Below are positions 39,558 through 50,084 of a stretch of DNA of 64,000 nucleotides, one piece after another (within the stretch, counting starts at the first letter, position 1; every line of letters starts with the position of its first letter). This stretch comes from an uncultured bacterium (GTDB lineage: Bacteria > Auribacterota > Erginobacteria > Erginobacterales > Erginobacteraceae). The stretch is from the NCBI GenBank assembly GCA_963822585.1, contig CAWGIE010000019.1:352001-416000 (forward strand). The letters run 5' to 3'. The position numbers and the translations under genes were made by a program. The notes below the pieces were generated by a model, which made no database searches, had not been told where the DNA came from, and saw only the letters and a list, made by a program, of their open reading frames with translations.

Positions 39558-40781
39558 ATGAAGCTGCCAGACGTGATTATGCTCGGCGCGCTTGCGGCCG
39601 GAGCATTCTCCGGTCCGGGGGTCACGCAGGCGGGCGGGGTTGAAGATGCGATCCCCGCGCTGGTGAAGGCGATGAATGGCTTCGCCTTCTCGCTTTACCG
39701 GGAACTCGCCGGGAAGGAGGGAAATATCTTTTTCTCCCCGGCCAGTCTGGAGGCCGCCCTGGCCATGACCGCGGCGGGGGCGAGAGAAGAGACCGCGGCC
39801 CAGATGGACCGGGTCCTCGGCCTCGGGCAACGCGGACAGACCGCGGCCGGGTTCAAGGAGCTCCTCGACACGCTCAACAATCCCCGGGAGTCCAACGGTC
39901 AACCATGTTATAAGCTGATTGTCGCCAACGCTCTCTGGGGGCAGAAAGGGTATCCCTTCCACAAGGATTTCATCGAGTTTTTAAAGAATTTTTATCTGGC
40001 CGGTCTCAACGAAGTCGACTTCAAAGAGAATGAACCGGCCCGCGGCATCATCAATGCTTGGGTGGCCGGGAAGACCAATAATAAGATTAAAAATCTTGTT
40101 CCTCCCGGCGCGATAACCGCCCTGACCAGGTTGGTGCTGACCAATGCCGTTTACTTCAAGAGCAACTGGGCGGAGACCTTCTTCAAGGGCGCGACCACGG
40201 ATACTCCCTTCTATCCGGGCGGGAATAAAACTGCCACGGTCCCGATGATGCGCCAAACCCACACCTTCGGCTACATCGAGGCCGCGGAACTCCAGGCGGT
40301 TGCATTGCCCTACACCGGTTACGACCTCTCCATGGTGATTCTGTTGCCGAAAGAGAGGGACGGCCTGGCCGGGCTGGAAAACACCATCACGAACGACCGG
40401 GTCGAGGAGTGGATCGGCGAACTCTCACCGGCCAAGGTAGACCTGTCCTTTCCCCGGTTCACATTCTCATCGGCATTCGAAATGGCGGGGACATTGAAAA
40501 AGATGGGTATGGTCAACGCCTTCGATCCGGAAAAAGCCGACTTCTTCGGCATCTCCGATGAAACGGGGTTCGCCGTCTCGGCCGTTATTCACCAGGCCTT
40601 TATCGCGGTGGACGAGGAGGGCACCGAGGCAGCAGCGGCGACCGCCGTCGCCATGGCCGGCGCGGCTTTCGATCCGGCAGCGCCGAAGATTTTTAAAGCC
40701 GACCACCCCTTTCTCTTCCTGATCCGCCACAACGCGACCGGCTGTATTCTCTTCCTGGGGAGGGTTGTTCAGCCCGATTGA
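39558..40781 (+). CDS. Serpin family protease inhibitor, secreted
   Basis: Start ATG 39558 (SD AAGGAGG); NIFFSPAS, NAVYFKSNW, hinge VDEEGTEAAAATA, FKADHPFLFLI. Confidence 0.95.
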   Translation: MKLPDVIMLGALAAGAFSGPGVTQAGGVEDAIPALVKAMNGFAFSLYRELAGKEGNIFFSPASLEAALAMTAAGAREETAAQMDRVLGLGQRGQTAAGFKELLDTLNNPRESNGQPCYKLIVANALWGQKGYPFHKDFIEFLKNFYLAGLNEVDFKENEPARGIINAWVAGKTNNKIKNLVPPGAITALTRLVLTNAVYFKSNWAETFFKGATTDTPFYPGGNKTATVPMMRQTHTFGYIEAAELQAVALPYTGYDLSMVILLPKERDGLAGLENTITNDRVEEWIGELSPAKVDLSFPRFTFSSAFEMAGTLKKMGMVNAFDPEKADFFGISDETGFAVSAVIHQAFIAVDEEGTEAAAATAVAMAGAAFDPAAPKIFKADHPFLFLIRHNATGCILFLGRVVQPD

Positions 40782-40794
40782 CCAGGAAATCGGG

Positions 40795-40968
40795 TTAACG
40801 CGTTACCGGTATATCCCCTGACCTGCCGAAGTAGACCCGGTTGCCGACGCGGATCGCCCACAGCCCGGAGGTGGACCGGAAGATACCGATGTTGTCCTTA
40901 TCACCGTCGCCGGCATAATCCGCCGGAACCGGGATATCCCCGTTGTTGCCGAAGTAAAGACGAAGCCC
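40795..40968 (-). pseudogene. Orphan 3' fragment of an FG-GAP-like repeat gene
   Basis: Manual translation GLRLYFGNNGDIPVPADYAGDGDKDNIGIFRSTSGLWAIRVGNRVYFGRSGDIPVTR*; in-frame stop just upstream and no start codon. Confidence 0.85.
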
Positions 40969-41033
40969 GTTTTGATACCTGCGGTCAAGATAATTTTAAG
41001 GCTGCATTTTGAAATTCCGAAGGAAAATAATTA

Positions 41034-41080
41034 AAATGCCGGATCCCCGGGCCGGTCACCGGCCCGGGGATCCGGCATTT
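41034..41080. terminator. Long GC-rich hairpin at the end of corA
   Basis: AAATGCCGGATCCCCGGGCCGG-tca-CCGGCCCGGGGATCCGGCATTT. Confidence 0.8.
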
Positions 41081-42150
41081 CAAAGCCACTTCTTCCGCCG
41101 GAAATAGAAGAGCATGCCGAGCACGACCAGGAGCATCAGGCCCAGGACCGCCGGGTACCCCCAGCGCCACCTGAGTTCGGGCATGTACTGGAAGTTCATC
41201 CCGTAAATGCCGGTAATGAAGGTGAGGGGGATGAAGATGGTGGCGATGACGGTCAGCACCTTCATCACCTCGTTCATCCGGTTGCTGAGGCTGGAGAGGT
41301 AGGTATCCACCATCCCCGAGGCCATGTCCCGATAAGTTTCAACGGTGTCGATGACCTGGATAGTGTGGGCGTAGACGTCTCGGAAGTAGATCCCCGTCGA
41401 TTCGGAAATAAGGGGCGATTCGCCTCTTTCCAGGCCGCTGATCTCCTCTCTCAGGGGCCAGATCGATTTTTTCAGCAGAAGAAGTTCTCTCTTGACGACC
41501 TGGATGGCCTGCAGTGACCGCGAGCCGGGCCGGGCGATGAGAACGTCTTCCAGGTCTTCTATGCGGTCTCCCAGTTTCTCCAGGATGGCGAAATAGTTGT
41601 CGACGATCATGTCGACCAGGGAATAAACCAGGTAGTCGGCGCCCTCTTTCCTGATCCGTCCCTTCTGCTCCCGCAGCCTTTTCCGGACGGGTTCGAATAT
41701 ATCACCGATTTTCTCCTGAAACGAGATAACGAAGCCGGCGCCGAGGATCAAGCTGACTTGTTCGATGACTATTTCCTTTTCCCGGTCATCATAGGAAAGC
41801 ATCTTCAACACCAGGAAGATATATTGGCCGAAGTCTTCCATCTTCGGGCGCTGACCCGTGTGGACGATATCTTCCAGAACCAGAGGGTGAAGACCGAAAT
41901 GTTTCCCGATCTGATCGATAACCGAGACCTGGCGCAGACCGTCGACATTTATCCAGGTTATCGTCGGCCGGTCTTTAAACGGGAAACAGTCTTCGACGGC
42001 GGAGACTTCTTCCTCCCGGAACTTCGACTCATCGTAATCGATAATGGTAATCCGGGGCGCTGCTTCTTCCTTATCGGCGGCGCCGGCCGAAGTACCGCGA
42101 TGGATGCCGATCTTTTTTGCCGTTCTTTTTTGTCTCTTTGACACCGTCAT
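41080..42150 (-). CDS. corA: Magnesium/cobalt transporter CorA
   Basis: LHPLVLEDI, QRPKMED, TFITGIYGMNF and MPEL motifs. Confidence 0.96.
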   Translation of the reverse strand: MTVSKRQKRTAKKIGIHRGTSAGAADKEEAAPRITIIDYDESKFREEEVSAVEDCFPFKDRPTITWINVDGLRQVSVIDQIGKHFGLHPLVLEDIVHTGQRPKMEDFGQYIFLVLKMLSYDDREKEIVIEQVSLILGAGFVISFQEKIGDIFEPVRKRLREQKGRIRKEGADYLVYSLVDMIVDNYFAILEKLGDRIEDLEDVLIARPGSRSLQAIQVVKRELLLLKKSIWPLREEISGLERGESPLISESTGIYFRDVYAHTIQVIDTVETYRDMASGMVDTYLSSLSNRMNEVMKVLTVIATIFIPLTFITGIYGMNFQYMPELRWRWGYPAVLGLMLLVVLGMLFYFRRKKWL

Positions 42151-42170
42151 CCGTTTACTTGTATCCTGGT

Positions 42171-43574
42171 TTACTCCTTCACTATCCGGTAGGTCGGATA
42201 GGCGAAATTGACCTTTTCCTCTTTCTCAAAGTCCTCCAGTATTCTCCGTGAAAATTCGTCTTCGGTGGAACGCCTCTTCCTGGCTTCGGTCAGGTATCTC
42301 AGCGTGAGTTCCACCCCGCTGTCCTTGATATTCACATAAACGATCGGCGACAGCTTCCCATAATGAATCATGTACCTGCGAGACATCCTTTTAATTTTCC
42401 TCTTGACGATCTCTTCCATCCCCTCCGCCCGGGCAACGGCGTGGCGGAGCATGATCTCCTCCGCCCGTTTCCAATCGCTCTCGAAAGTGACCAGAACCTT
42501 GAGCTCGTTCCAGATGTACTCGAAGCCGCGACTGTAATTAAAACTGGGCTTTTTAAAAACGGCGCTGTTGGGAACGTTAACGATCCTCCCCGTGCTCTGG
42601 TCGGCATTCACCCAGTTGCCGATCTCCAGGAGAGAAGTCTGCAGGATCTGGATGTCGATGACATCACCCTTGACATCTCCGAACTCAATCCGGTCCCCCA
42701 CCTCGAAAGGACGGCGCATCATGATAACCAGCCAACCGGCCGTACAGAGGATGACCTCCTGGAGAGCCAGGGCCACCCCGGCGCCGACCGCGCTGATGAA
42801 GATGGTGATGGAGCTGATGTGCTGGAGCCAGATGAAGATAATCAGGAGGATGATCAGGAGGTTAAGGAAGTAAATAACATTCTTCCTGATCAGGTGCTGC
42901 GTCCGGAGACCCTTGATCTGGCTGTTGATAAGCTTGATCAGGCCGAAGATCAGGAGATAACCGATCAGCAGTACCAGTCCGGTTTTGATCAGCTTGCTGT
43001 AAAGGGCGCCCTGCTGGCCGCGGCGCTCCTCTTCCACCCGGGCCACTCTTTCCCGGGCCAAGGCTAATTCGCGACCCGCCAGTTTAACCTGGTCCTGGGC
43101 GGTGGCCATTTTCTCCTCGGCAATCCGCGCCCTTTCCCGAGCGACGCGGGCTTCCGCTACCTCTTTTTCCGCCCGTGCGATCGCTTCCTGAATCTTTTCC
43201 TCGCTGACATTGGCTTTCTGTACAACCTCGGCTTCTTTTTTGGCCAGTATCGCTTCCTTTAATTCAGAGGCGGCCTTTTTCTTCTCAATCACCACCGACT
43301 GGGCCTGAAGTTCGGCCTCCTGTTGGGCCGAGTCGGCTTCCAGCCGGGCCGATTCGGCCTTTTCCTGGGCACTACTGACCTCGGTTGGAGGTGACTCCCG
43401 TTGCGGCATCGCCGCGGCCGAGGTCCGGGAAGGCGAGGCCGGGAAACTGGTCTGTTCCGGGACGGGGGAGGCCTCATCCGCGAAGGGGGCGGACGAAGGA
43501 AAGGATGATATGCCGGCCAGGAACAGCAACAGGCAGACGGCACGACTGATATTGTAAGATCGATCCAATATCAT
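42171..43574 (-). CDS. MscS-family mechanosensitive channel with N-terminal coiled coil
   Basis: GAGVALALQE, RPFEVGDRI and GRIVNVPNS motifs; A/E/K-rich N-terminus after the signal peptide. Confidence 0.92.
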   Translation of the reverse strand: MILDRSYNISRAVCLLLFLAGISSFPSSAPFADEASPVPEQTSFPASPSRTSAAAMPQRESPPTEVSSAQEKAESARLEADSAQQEAELQAQSVVIEKKKAASELKEAILAKKEAEVVQKANVSEEKIQEAIARAEKEVAEARVARERARIAEEKMATAQDQVKLAGRELALARERVARVEEERRGQQGALYSKLIKTGLVLLIGYLLIFGLIKLINSQIKGLRTQHLIRKNVIYFLNLLIILLIIFIWLQHISSITIFISAVGAGVALALQEVILCTAGWLVIMMRRPFEVGDRIEFGDVKGDVIDIQILQTSLLEIGNWVNADQSTGRIVNVPNSAVFKKPSFNYSRGFEYIWNELKVLVTFESDWKRAEEIMLRHAVARAEGMEEIVKRKIKRMSRRYMIHYGKLSPIVYVNIKDSGVELTLRYLTEARKRRSTEDEFSRRILEDFEKEEKVNFAYPTYRIVKE

Positions 43575-43585
43575 GGTCTTCCTCT

Positions 43586-44410
43586 TCAGGTGACGGAGAA
43601 ATATCCTATCATCTTATAGAGAAGCCGGGCAGCGAAAAAATCGGAGATGATGGAATCTCTCTGGGGACACAGTTCCACCAGATCGATTCCGACCACCGAT
43701 TTCCCGACTTCAGCAAGAGAGCGAAAAAGGTCCAACGCCTGGTACCAGCGCAGTCCTCCCGGTTCCGGTGTACCGACACCGGGCACCTCGGAGGGATCGA
43801 AGACGTCCATATCGACGGAAATGTACACCCGATCCGCGAGAGCGGCGGCAATCGCCGGCCAGGGATATCCCCGGCCGTCATATTCCCGGGCCGGATAAAG
43901 CAACACCCCCTCCGAGGCGACGTAATCCGCCTCTTCTTCCGAGAGGCTCCGAACACCGACCGAAACCAGGGGAAGGCCGAGTTCGCGGATACGCCGCATC
44001 ACGCAGGCATGAGAAAAACGGCTGCCCCCATAACTGTTCCGAAGATCGGCATGGGCGTCGAGATGGAGAATGCTGAACCCGGGGTTGAGTTCATTCAGCG
44101 CCTGAACGGCCCCCAGTGTAAGAGAGTGCTCCCCGCCCAGGCATACAGGCATCTTACCGTCCCCGGCAATAGAGTGGATCCTCTTCCGGACCGTCTCCAG
44201 GCAGTCTTCGAGTTCGCCCACGCAGTCAACGGGAGGATAGGTGTGAATGCCGGTCCGGTAAGGCGATCCGGCCAGTTCTTGATCATAAAGCTCCACCTGG
44301 CGGGAGGCGGCCAGGATCCGGGCGGGGCCGGCGGCGGTGCCGGGCAAAAAGGACACGGTCTTTTCCAGAGGGACGGGAACAATAGCAACACGGGCAGCAT
44401 CCGGCGCCAC
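43586..44410 (-). CDS. speB: Agmatinase / ureohydrolase
   Basis: GGEHS, DAHADLR, SHAC and DMDVFDP...GTPEPGG motifs; frame stays open about 20 codons further upstream. Confidence 0.92.
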   Translation of the reverse strand: MAPDAARVAIVPVPLEKTVSFLPGTAAGPARILAASRQVELYDQELAGSPYRTGIHTYPPVDCVGELEDCLETVRKRIHSIAGDGKMPVCLGGEHSLTLGAVQALNELNPGFSILHLDAHADLRNSYGGSRFSHACVMRRIRELGLPLVSVGVRSLSEEEADYVASEGVLLYPAREYDGRGYPWPAIAAALADRVYISVDMDVFDPSEVPGVGTPEPGGLRWYQALDLFRSLAEVGKSVVGIDLVELCPQRDSIISDFFAARLLYKMIGYFSVT

Positions 44411-44470
44411 GAAGGGCTCCGGCTCGGTCCCATCGTCCAGAAATTGAGGATCGTACAGGGGGATAATAAC

Positions 44471-44659
44471 TTAAAACCTCGTGTGAGACTTTCTCAATCT
44501 TCTGATCCGTTCGCGGGAACTGCTCCGATCCTTCCGGCCCCGCGGGTCTTCTTCACCGCGGAAACGCGAGCGATTTTTCTCCCGCTCATCGGGCGCGAAG
44601 TAGAGGTCTCCGTCTTCCAGATCGAGATATTCCTGATCGAGGTAATCCGGGCTCATCAT
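44471..44659 (-). CDS. Small hypothetical protein (acidic then Arg-rich)
   Basis: 62 aa ORF with AAGG upstream, ending just before speB. Confidence 0.45.
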   Translation of the reverse strand: MMSPDYLDQEYLDLEDGDLYFAPDEREKNRSRFRGEEDPRGRKDRSSSRERIRRLRKSHTRF

Positions 44660-44894
44660 GGCACCTTAATAAACTGATTCCACAATTCAACCCCCTTATA
44701 AGCCTAATTGGATAAAATGCAACAAAAAATTTTCTAAAAAATGATTACGTTTCTCATCTCCGTTCCGATAAAAGTGATTGCATTTCCCTTCTAAACGTTA
44801 TACATAAATTCGGCATCTTTCTGCTTCGGAATTTCCCCGATAGCCAACGGGATTCCGATAACGATAACTTTTAAATAAATGAATCGGGACAATA

Positions 44895-44959
44895 AACCGC
44901 GGATTAAACGGATGACGCGGATTTTTCTTCAATCAGCATAATCCGCCCAATCCGCGGTT
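44895..44959. repeat. Inverted arms of 9-bp tandem units
   Basis: AACCGCGGATTAAACGGATGACGCGGATT versus AATCAGCATAATCCGCCCAATCCGCGGTT. Confidence 0.75.
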
Positions 44960-45030
44960 AAATAAGTTACGAAACAAAGTTTTATCGGCAACCGAAAAAA
45001 CGGACGCCGGACAAACAGAAAGGAATCGTC

Positions 45031-46062
45031 ATGCCGGGAAAGGATCTTTTACGGGATGAAGTGAAGCAGATCGATATCACCTCCTTTAATGCCGTCCCTC
45101 TCCTCGATGCTTTCGGAGAGACTGCCTTCCAAGCCCGAAACCTGTCCGCCGCCGCCGGCATCTATGACCGGATGATCGCCGATCGGGAGTGCTCCATCAT
45201 CCTCTGCCTGGCCGGCTCCCTTTTCAGCGCCGGATTGAAGAACGTCGTTCGCGACCTGGTCAGGTATAATATGGTCGACGCGATCGTTTCCACGGGGGCG
45301 ATCATCGTCGATCAGGACTTTTTCGAGGCCCTGGGATTTCGCCATTATCGGGGAAGCTGCCGGATCGATGACGAGATGCTGCGCCGGCAGATGATCGACC
45401 GCATCTACGACACGTTCATCGACGAGGAGGAACTCCGGGTCTGTGATCGGACCGTGGCGGAGATCGCCGACTCGCTCCCCCCCCGTCCTTACTCTTCCCA
45501 GCAATTCATCCGGGAGATGGGAAAATATCTCGAAGGAAAAGGCTGTGGAAAAGACTCGGTCATTCTCGAATGCCACCGGAAAGCCGTGCCGATTTTTGTC
45601 CCCGCTTTTTCAGACTGTTCAGCCGGTTTCGGCCTGGTCTCTCACCAGCATAAGCGGGGGGGGGAGGATACGGTCACGATCGACAGCGCCCGCGATTTTT
45701 TTGATCTGACCCGGATCAAGCTCGCCGCCGGAGAAACGGGACTGGTAATGATCGGCGGCGGCGTTCCCAAAAACTTCGCCCAGGATGTCGTCGTGGCGGC
45801 CGACATTCTGGAAAAGAACGCGAGCATGCACCGCTACGCAATTCAGATCACGGTGGCGGATGAACGGGACGGGGGGCTTTCCGGTTCCACGCTGAAGGAA
45901 GCCCATTCCTGGGGAAAGGTTGATGACGTCTTCGAGCAGATGGTATTCTCGGAAGCGACCATCGCCTTTCCCCTTCTGGCCAGCTATGTCTATCACCGGG
46001 GAAACTGGAAGGGGAGAGAACCGAAGGCATATGCCGATCTTCTGGAGGAGAAACAGCCATGA
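45031..46062 (+). CDS. Deoxyhypusine synthase-like protein (SpeY-like)
   Basis: [30 protein letters not shown] and [17 protein letters not shown] motifs. Confidence 0.92.
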   Translation: MPGKDLLRDEVKQIDITSFNAVPLLDAFGETAFQARNLSAAAGIYDRMIADRECSIILCLAGSLFSAGLKNVVRDLVRYNMVDAIVSTGAIIVDQDFFEALGFRHYRGSCRIDDEMLRRQMIDRIYDTFIDEEELRVCDRTVAEIADSLPPRPYSSQQFIREMGKYLEGKGCGKDSVILECHRKAVPIFVPAFSDCSAGFGLVSHQHKRGGEDTVTIDSARDFFDLTRIKLAAGETGLVMIGGGVPKNFAQDVVVAADILEKNASMHRYAIQITVADERDGGLSGSTLKEAHSWGKVDDVFEQMVFSEATIAFPLLASYVYHRGNWKGREPKAYADLLEEKQP

Positions 46063-46601
46063 TTCCAAAAAGGTTCTTCCTGACCAAAGGCGCCGGCGTA
46101 CATAAAGACAAGCTGGCTTCTTTTGAGATGGCCCTGCGCAAGGCGGGGATCGAAAAATGCAACCTGGTCAATGTCTCCAGCATTTTGCCGCCGGGCTGTG
46201 AAAGAATGTCCATCCGGGAGGGGAAAAAACGCCTTCGGCCGGGCCAGATCGTCTTCGTGGTCATGGCCCGGAACGAAACCAACGAACCGAATCGCCTGGT
46301 CTCGTCCGCCATCGGTGTCGCGAAACCCGCCTTCAAAGAGGGCTACGGATACCTCTCCGAGCATCACGCCTTCGGGGAAACGGCACGGAAATCGGGTGAC
46401 TACGCCGAGGACCTGGCCGCCACGATGCTGGCTACCACTCTGGGAATCGAGTTTGACCCGGAAACAGCCTGGGACGAGAGAAAACAAATCTATCAGGCCT
46501 CCGGAAAAATCATCACCACCAGCAACATCTGCCAGTCGGCCGAAGGCCAGAAGACGGGACTCTGGACGACAACGATCGCCGCTGCCGTTTTCGTCGGCTA
46601 A
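46059..46601 (+). CDS. pdaD: Pyruvoyl-dependent arginine decarboxylase
   Basis: [25 protein letters not shown] (SS cleavage site) and GYGYLSEHH. Confidence 0.93.
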   Translation: MIPKRFFLTKGAGVHKDKLASFEMALRKAGIEKCNLVNVSSILPPGCERMSIREGKKRLRPGQIVFVVMARNETNEPNRLVSSAIGVAKPAFKEGYGYLSEHHAFGETARKSGDYAEDLAATMLATTLGIEFDPETAWDERKQIYQASGKIITTSNICQSAEGQKTGLWTTTIAAAVFVG

Positions 46602-46750
46602 CCTCTTCATCCCTTCTTTTCTCGACCAAAAAGTTCACTCTCCAGGAAGGGGTCGAAGCCGGCGCGGCAGTGAACAGTCACAAAAGGGATGAACGGACGC
46701 GTACTGTGCTGGAGAATCAGCCTCACCGTCAGATTCCCGAGATACACCCC

Positions 46751-47740
46751 ATGTCCATCCGAAGCGCTAAAACTCCCGGAAAACGGTTAAAAGCCTGGGA
46801 GCACCCTCTCGGCAAGATCAATCGGAAAGCACTGGCCCTGCCCGAGGCCCCCGATCTCCTCTTCCGGTTTGCCGTCTATGGTGATAACCAGCGGGGCATC
46901 CCCGTCCACCGGCGGATTGTGAAGGATATTCTTATCTCCGGGGCGGAGGTTGTTCTTCATACCGGCGATTATGTCAAAGACGGCGCCAGGAACGAAGAGT
47001 GGGAAGAGCAGTTCCTGGAACCGGCCCGGCCGCTCCTGGAGCAAACACTTTTCCTGGGCGTACTGGGGAACCACGATAAGGAGAGCCCCCGTTACTACGA
47101 GATCGTTCGGCCGCCCGGAGGGCTTCCCTGGTTCAAGGCGACCCATGGTCCGGTAGCCTTCTTCGGAGTCGACACCAACCAACGCCTTAAATCACCCTCC
47201 CCGCAGATCGATTGGCTGCAGGAGGAACTGGAAAAGTCTCACGAGAACTGGAAGATCGCCTTTCTGCATGAGGCACCCTATTCCTCTTCATGGCCCTATC
47301 CAGGTGGTGCCGTAAAAACCAGAAAATACGTCATGCCTCTCCTGGAGCAATACGGCGTCAACCTCGTCTTCGCCGGCCACATTCACAATTATGAGCGTTT
47401 TCATAAGGAGAAGATCGTTTATATCATCACGGGGGGAGGCGGGGACACCCTCTCCAAGCCGGACCAACTCCCTAATCCCTACAAGGTATGGACGGCCCGG
47501 ATGCATAACTTCGTGACCGCCGATGTTTATCCCGACCGGATCGTGATACTGGCCCGGGACGTCGGCGGCGTTCCTTTCGATGGCGTGATCGTCAGAAAAG
47601 GAGAGGAGCCCGAAGAGATCGACCTCCCTCATCGCCGAGGCTACGTTCCTTCCCGGTCGCCCCGGTTTCCCCGGTTCCATTCCCGAAATAACCGCGGGGA
47701 GATAATCGGAAACTGGAAGGCCCATAATCCGGGTTACTGA
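46751..47740 (+). CDS. Metallophosphoesterase (purple acid phosphatase-like)
   Basis: YGD, HTGDY, LGNHD and FAGHIHNYER motifs; start uncertain (46670 or 46751). Confidence 0.9.
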   Translation: MSIRSAKTPGKRLKAWEHPLGKINRKALALPEAPDLLFRFAVYGDNQRGIPVHRRIVKDILISGAEVVLHTGDYVKDGARNEEWEEQFLEPARPLLEQTLFLGVLGNHDKESPRYYEIVRPPGGLPWFKATHGPVAFFGVDTNQRLKSPSPQIDWLQEELEKSHENWKIAFLHEAPYSSSWPYPGGAVKTRKYVMPLLEQYGVNLVFAGHIHNYERFHKEKIVYIITGGGGDTLSKPDQLPNPYKVWTARMHNFVTADVYPDRIVILARDVGGVPFDGVIVRKGEEPEEIDLPHRRGYVPSRSPRFPRFHSRNNRGEIIGNWKAHNPGY

Positions 47741-47946
47741 TTTTCGTTCAATGTATTATGACTAGTAAACTTGCTTGCGCGGCGAGCGACCTCTGCTTTT
47801 TCTTCTCCGGCAGGACCACGTTTTATTCTTCCTGGTAATGCTGCCGATAAAAGCAGATCTTTGGCTGTATTTCATTGTCAGAGAATTTTATAAAATTAAT
47901 ATCTTTTCGCATGGCTGTTCATTGAAGCTTGGTCATGGTTCAAAAC

Positions 47947-47975
47947 TAACCCGATTTATGGAATAAATCGGGTTA
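47947..47975. terminator. Hairpin between convergent genes
   Basis: TAACCCGATTTAT-gga-ATAAATCGGGTTA. Confidence 0.6.
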
Positions 47976-48035
47976 ACGACTGGAGAAGCCCGGAGCAGAC
48001 GGCAACCGATTAAGCGGATTGTATATCTATTCTCC

Positions 48036-50084
48036 TTATCTCGTTACCGGCAGGTCCCCGGAGGCGCCATAATAGATCCTCGGGAGACCATGGATCGCCC
48101 AGAGGCCGGATTCCTCCCGGAAGATGCCGATTTCATCACCTCCACCGCCTCCGTAATCCGCCGGGACAGGTTGATCGGCAAGGGCCCCGAAATAAGTTCT
48201 CACCATATCCTTCCCGGCCCAGAGACCGGAAGCGGACCGAAAGACGGCAGGGGACCAGGTCCCGTCACCGTTATAGTCACCCGGCACCGGAAGGTCCCCC
48301 TCCCCCCCGAAGTAGATCCGACCGGCGGAGCGAAGAGCCCAGAGTCCGGTACTCGCCCGGAAGATTCCGATATCATCCGTTCCGTCGCCGTCGTAATCAC
48401 CCGGCACCGGAAGGTCGTCCGGCCCCCCGAAATAAGCTCTGGTCACGCCGGGGACCGCCCAGAGACCGGAACCGGGCCGGAAGAGGGCCGGGTCGCAGGC
48501 CCCATCCCCGTCGTAGTCGGCGGGGACCGGCAAATCGGCGGACGTTCCGATGTAAAAACGGGTGACCCCCCGGACGATCCACGTCCCCGGCGAGGGGCGG
48601 AAGAGGGCGAGATCGGTGGTGCCATCTCCATCATAATCACCGCTGGCGGGAACGTCCCCCGGGGCCCCGAAATAAAGCCGCTTGATCCCTCTCACCGACC
48701 AGAGCCCGGTAGCGGGTCGAAAGACAGCTATATCGGAAAACCCGTCACCGTCGTAGTCTCCGGACCGGAGAATCGGATTCTCCGGGAGCGGGACCGGCGT
48801 GGCGGTCGGGCCCGGGGACGGGGTGGGTAAACCGCCGTTTTCCCGGACTTTCCAGACGTGGACGATCGGTTTGTCATCGTCAACCAGCGGCTCGAAGATA
48901 TAGAGATAGCCGTGCTCCCGGTCGAAAGTAGCCGCTTTCAGGTGATCGCGCATCTGAGGAGAGTCGATATGATAGAGCAGGCTGTCGATGTTCATCACCG
49001 CGTAGGGCTGCGGTTCATACGGCTCCATCTCCCCCAGTGCCACCGCCGCCAGGTCCGCCGGATCGAAAAAGATGATCTCCCCGTCGAAGTACGTCGACCA
49101 CCATCCCCGGTTGTCGCACTCCAGGCAGGGACCGGCCGGGTTGCCGTACCAGCAGTCGCCCCGACCCTTCGTCCCCGCGAAGATAACCGCCGAGTTCCCC
49201 CCCGCCGTCAGCCAGGCCGCTCCCGGCCACATGTCGGAGTGCTGATACCGGTCCATTGTGTACGCCCCACCGTTCGGGTCTTCCCAGTAGGAGGTTGAGT
49301 ACTGGAGGAGGGGAAGAGCATCGAGGACCGTGCCGGGGGCGGGCGGGTTCCCCGCCTGCCAGGGCGCGATCATATAGATGCAGGGGCCCTGCCCTCCCTG
49401 CCCCCCATCTCTCATCCTGCCCGTGGCCAGGCATCTGCCCCCGGCATAAGCGTCCGCCCATCCCTGGGGCACGGCGAAAAGGTAGTCGGTGGTGCTGTAG
49501 GTGTCGTAGTTTCCGATATACCAGGGGCCGGCCGGGTTCGGGGAGGAGAGATCAAGTTCACACCACCCGTGGGTGGGGTAGTGGGGATCGATCTGGAGAT
49601 GCTGGTGCCAGCCGAAGTACAGCCTCCCTCGCGTGCGCCCGCTCCCCGCCGTGAGATACTCCAGACCGCAGTAGGGTATCTCGAACCCGGGAAAGAGACC
49701 TTGCCGGATGTCCGCGAACGGCTGCAGGGTGGAGGCGGTGTTCAGATCGGAGAGACTCTTGCCCGGCGAGATGACCGGGACCGGGATGCTGATCTCGGAG
49801 ACGCGCTGATACCAGTCATGCCCGGTCCCGTATAGCGAGCCGGGGTAGCCGTCGGCGGGGCCGCCCGGGTCTCCCCCCGGGTAATAGGCCAGCGCGTTTC
49901 CTCCCCACCCCCACCCATTCTCCCCTCCCGGGCCCGGAAGGCGGAAGGCGCCCCGGTACTCGAGATCAGAAGGGTAGATGCGCCCGGCCGAGGCGGGAAG
50001 AGCAAGAAGGCCTGAGAGAAAAATGGCCACCAGCATAAAAAAAGAAAAGGAACCCCACTTCTGGCGCCTGAACAGCATCATCAT
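48036..50084 (-). CDS. Secreted protein: unassigned ~380-aa domain + PT linker + six FG-GAP-like repeats
   Basis: Signal peptide; Trp/Gly-rich domain; six 40-aa repeats; ends GDLPVTR. Confidence 0.88.
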   Translation of the reverse strand: MMMLFRRQKWGSFSFFMLVAIFLSGLLALPASAGRIYPSDLEYRGAFRLPGPGGENGWGWGGNALAYYPGGDPGGPADGYPGSLYGTGHDWYQRVSEISIPVPVISPGKSLSDLNTASTLQPFADIRQGLFPGFEIPYCGLEYLTAGSGRTRGRLYFGWHQHLQIDPHYPTHGWCELDLSSPNPAGPWYIGNYDTYSTTDYLFAVPQGWADAYAGGRCLATGRMRDGGQGGQGPCIYMIAPWQAGNPPAPGTVLDALPLLQYSTSYWEDPNGGAYTMDRYQHSDMWPGAAWLTAGGNSAVIFAGTKGRGDCWYGNPAGPCLECDNRGWWSTYFDGEIIFFDPADLAAVALGEMEPYEPQPYAVMNIDSLLYHIDSPQMRDHLKAATFDREHGYLYIFEPLVDDDKPIVHVWKVRENGGLPTPSPGPTATPVPLPENPILRSGDYDGDGFSDIAVFRPATGLWSVRGIKRLYFGAPGDVPASGDYDGDGTTDLALFRPSPGTWIVRGVTRFYIGTSADLPVPADYDGDGACDPALFRPGSGLWAVPGVTRAYFGGPDDLPVPGDYDGDGTDDIGIFRASTGLWALRSAGRIYFGGEGDLPVPGDYNGDGTWSPAVFRSASGLWAGKDMVRTYFGALADQPVPADYGGGGGDEIGIFREESGLWAIHGLPRIYYGASGDLPVTR

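Noticed and set aside
45031..46062. eIF5A hypusination system
   Set aside because: Bacterial context and flanking pdaD/speB favour polyamine synthesis
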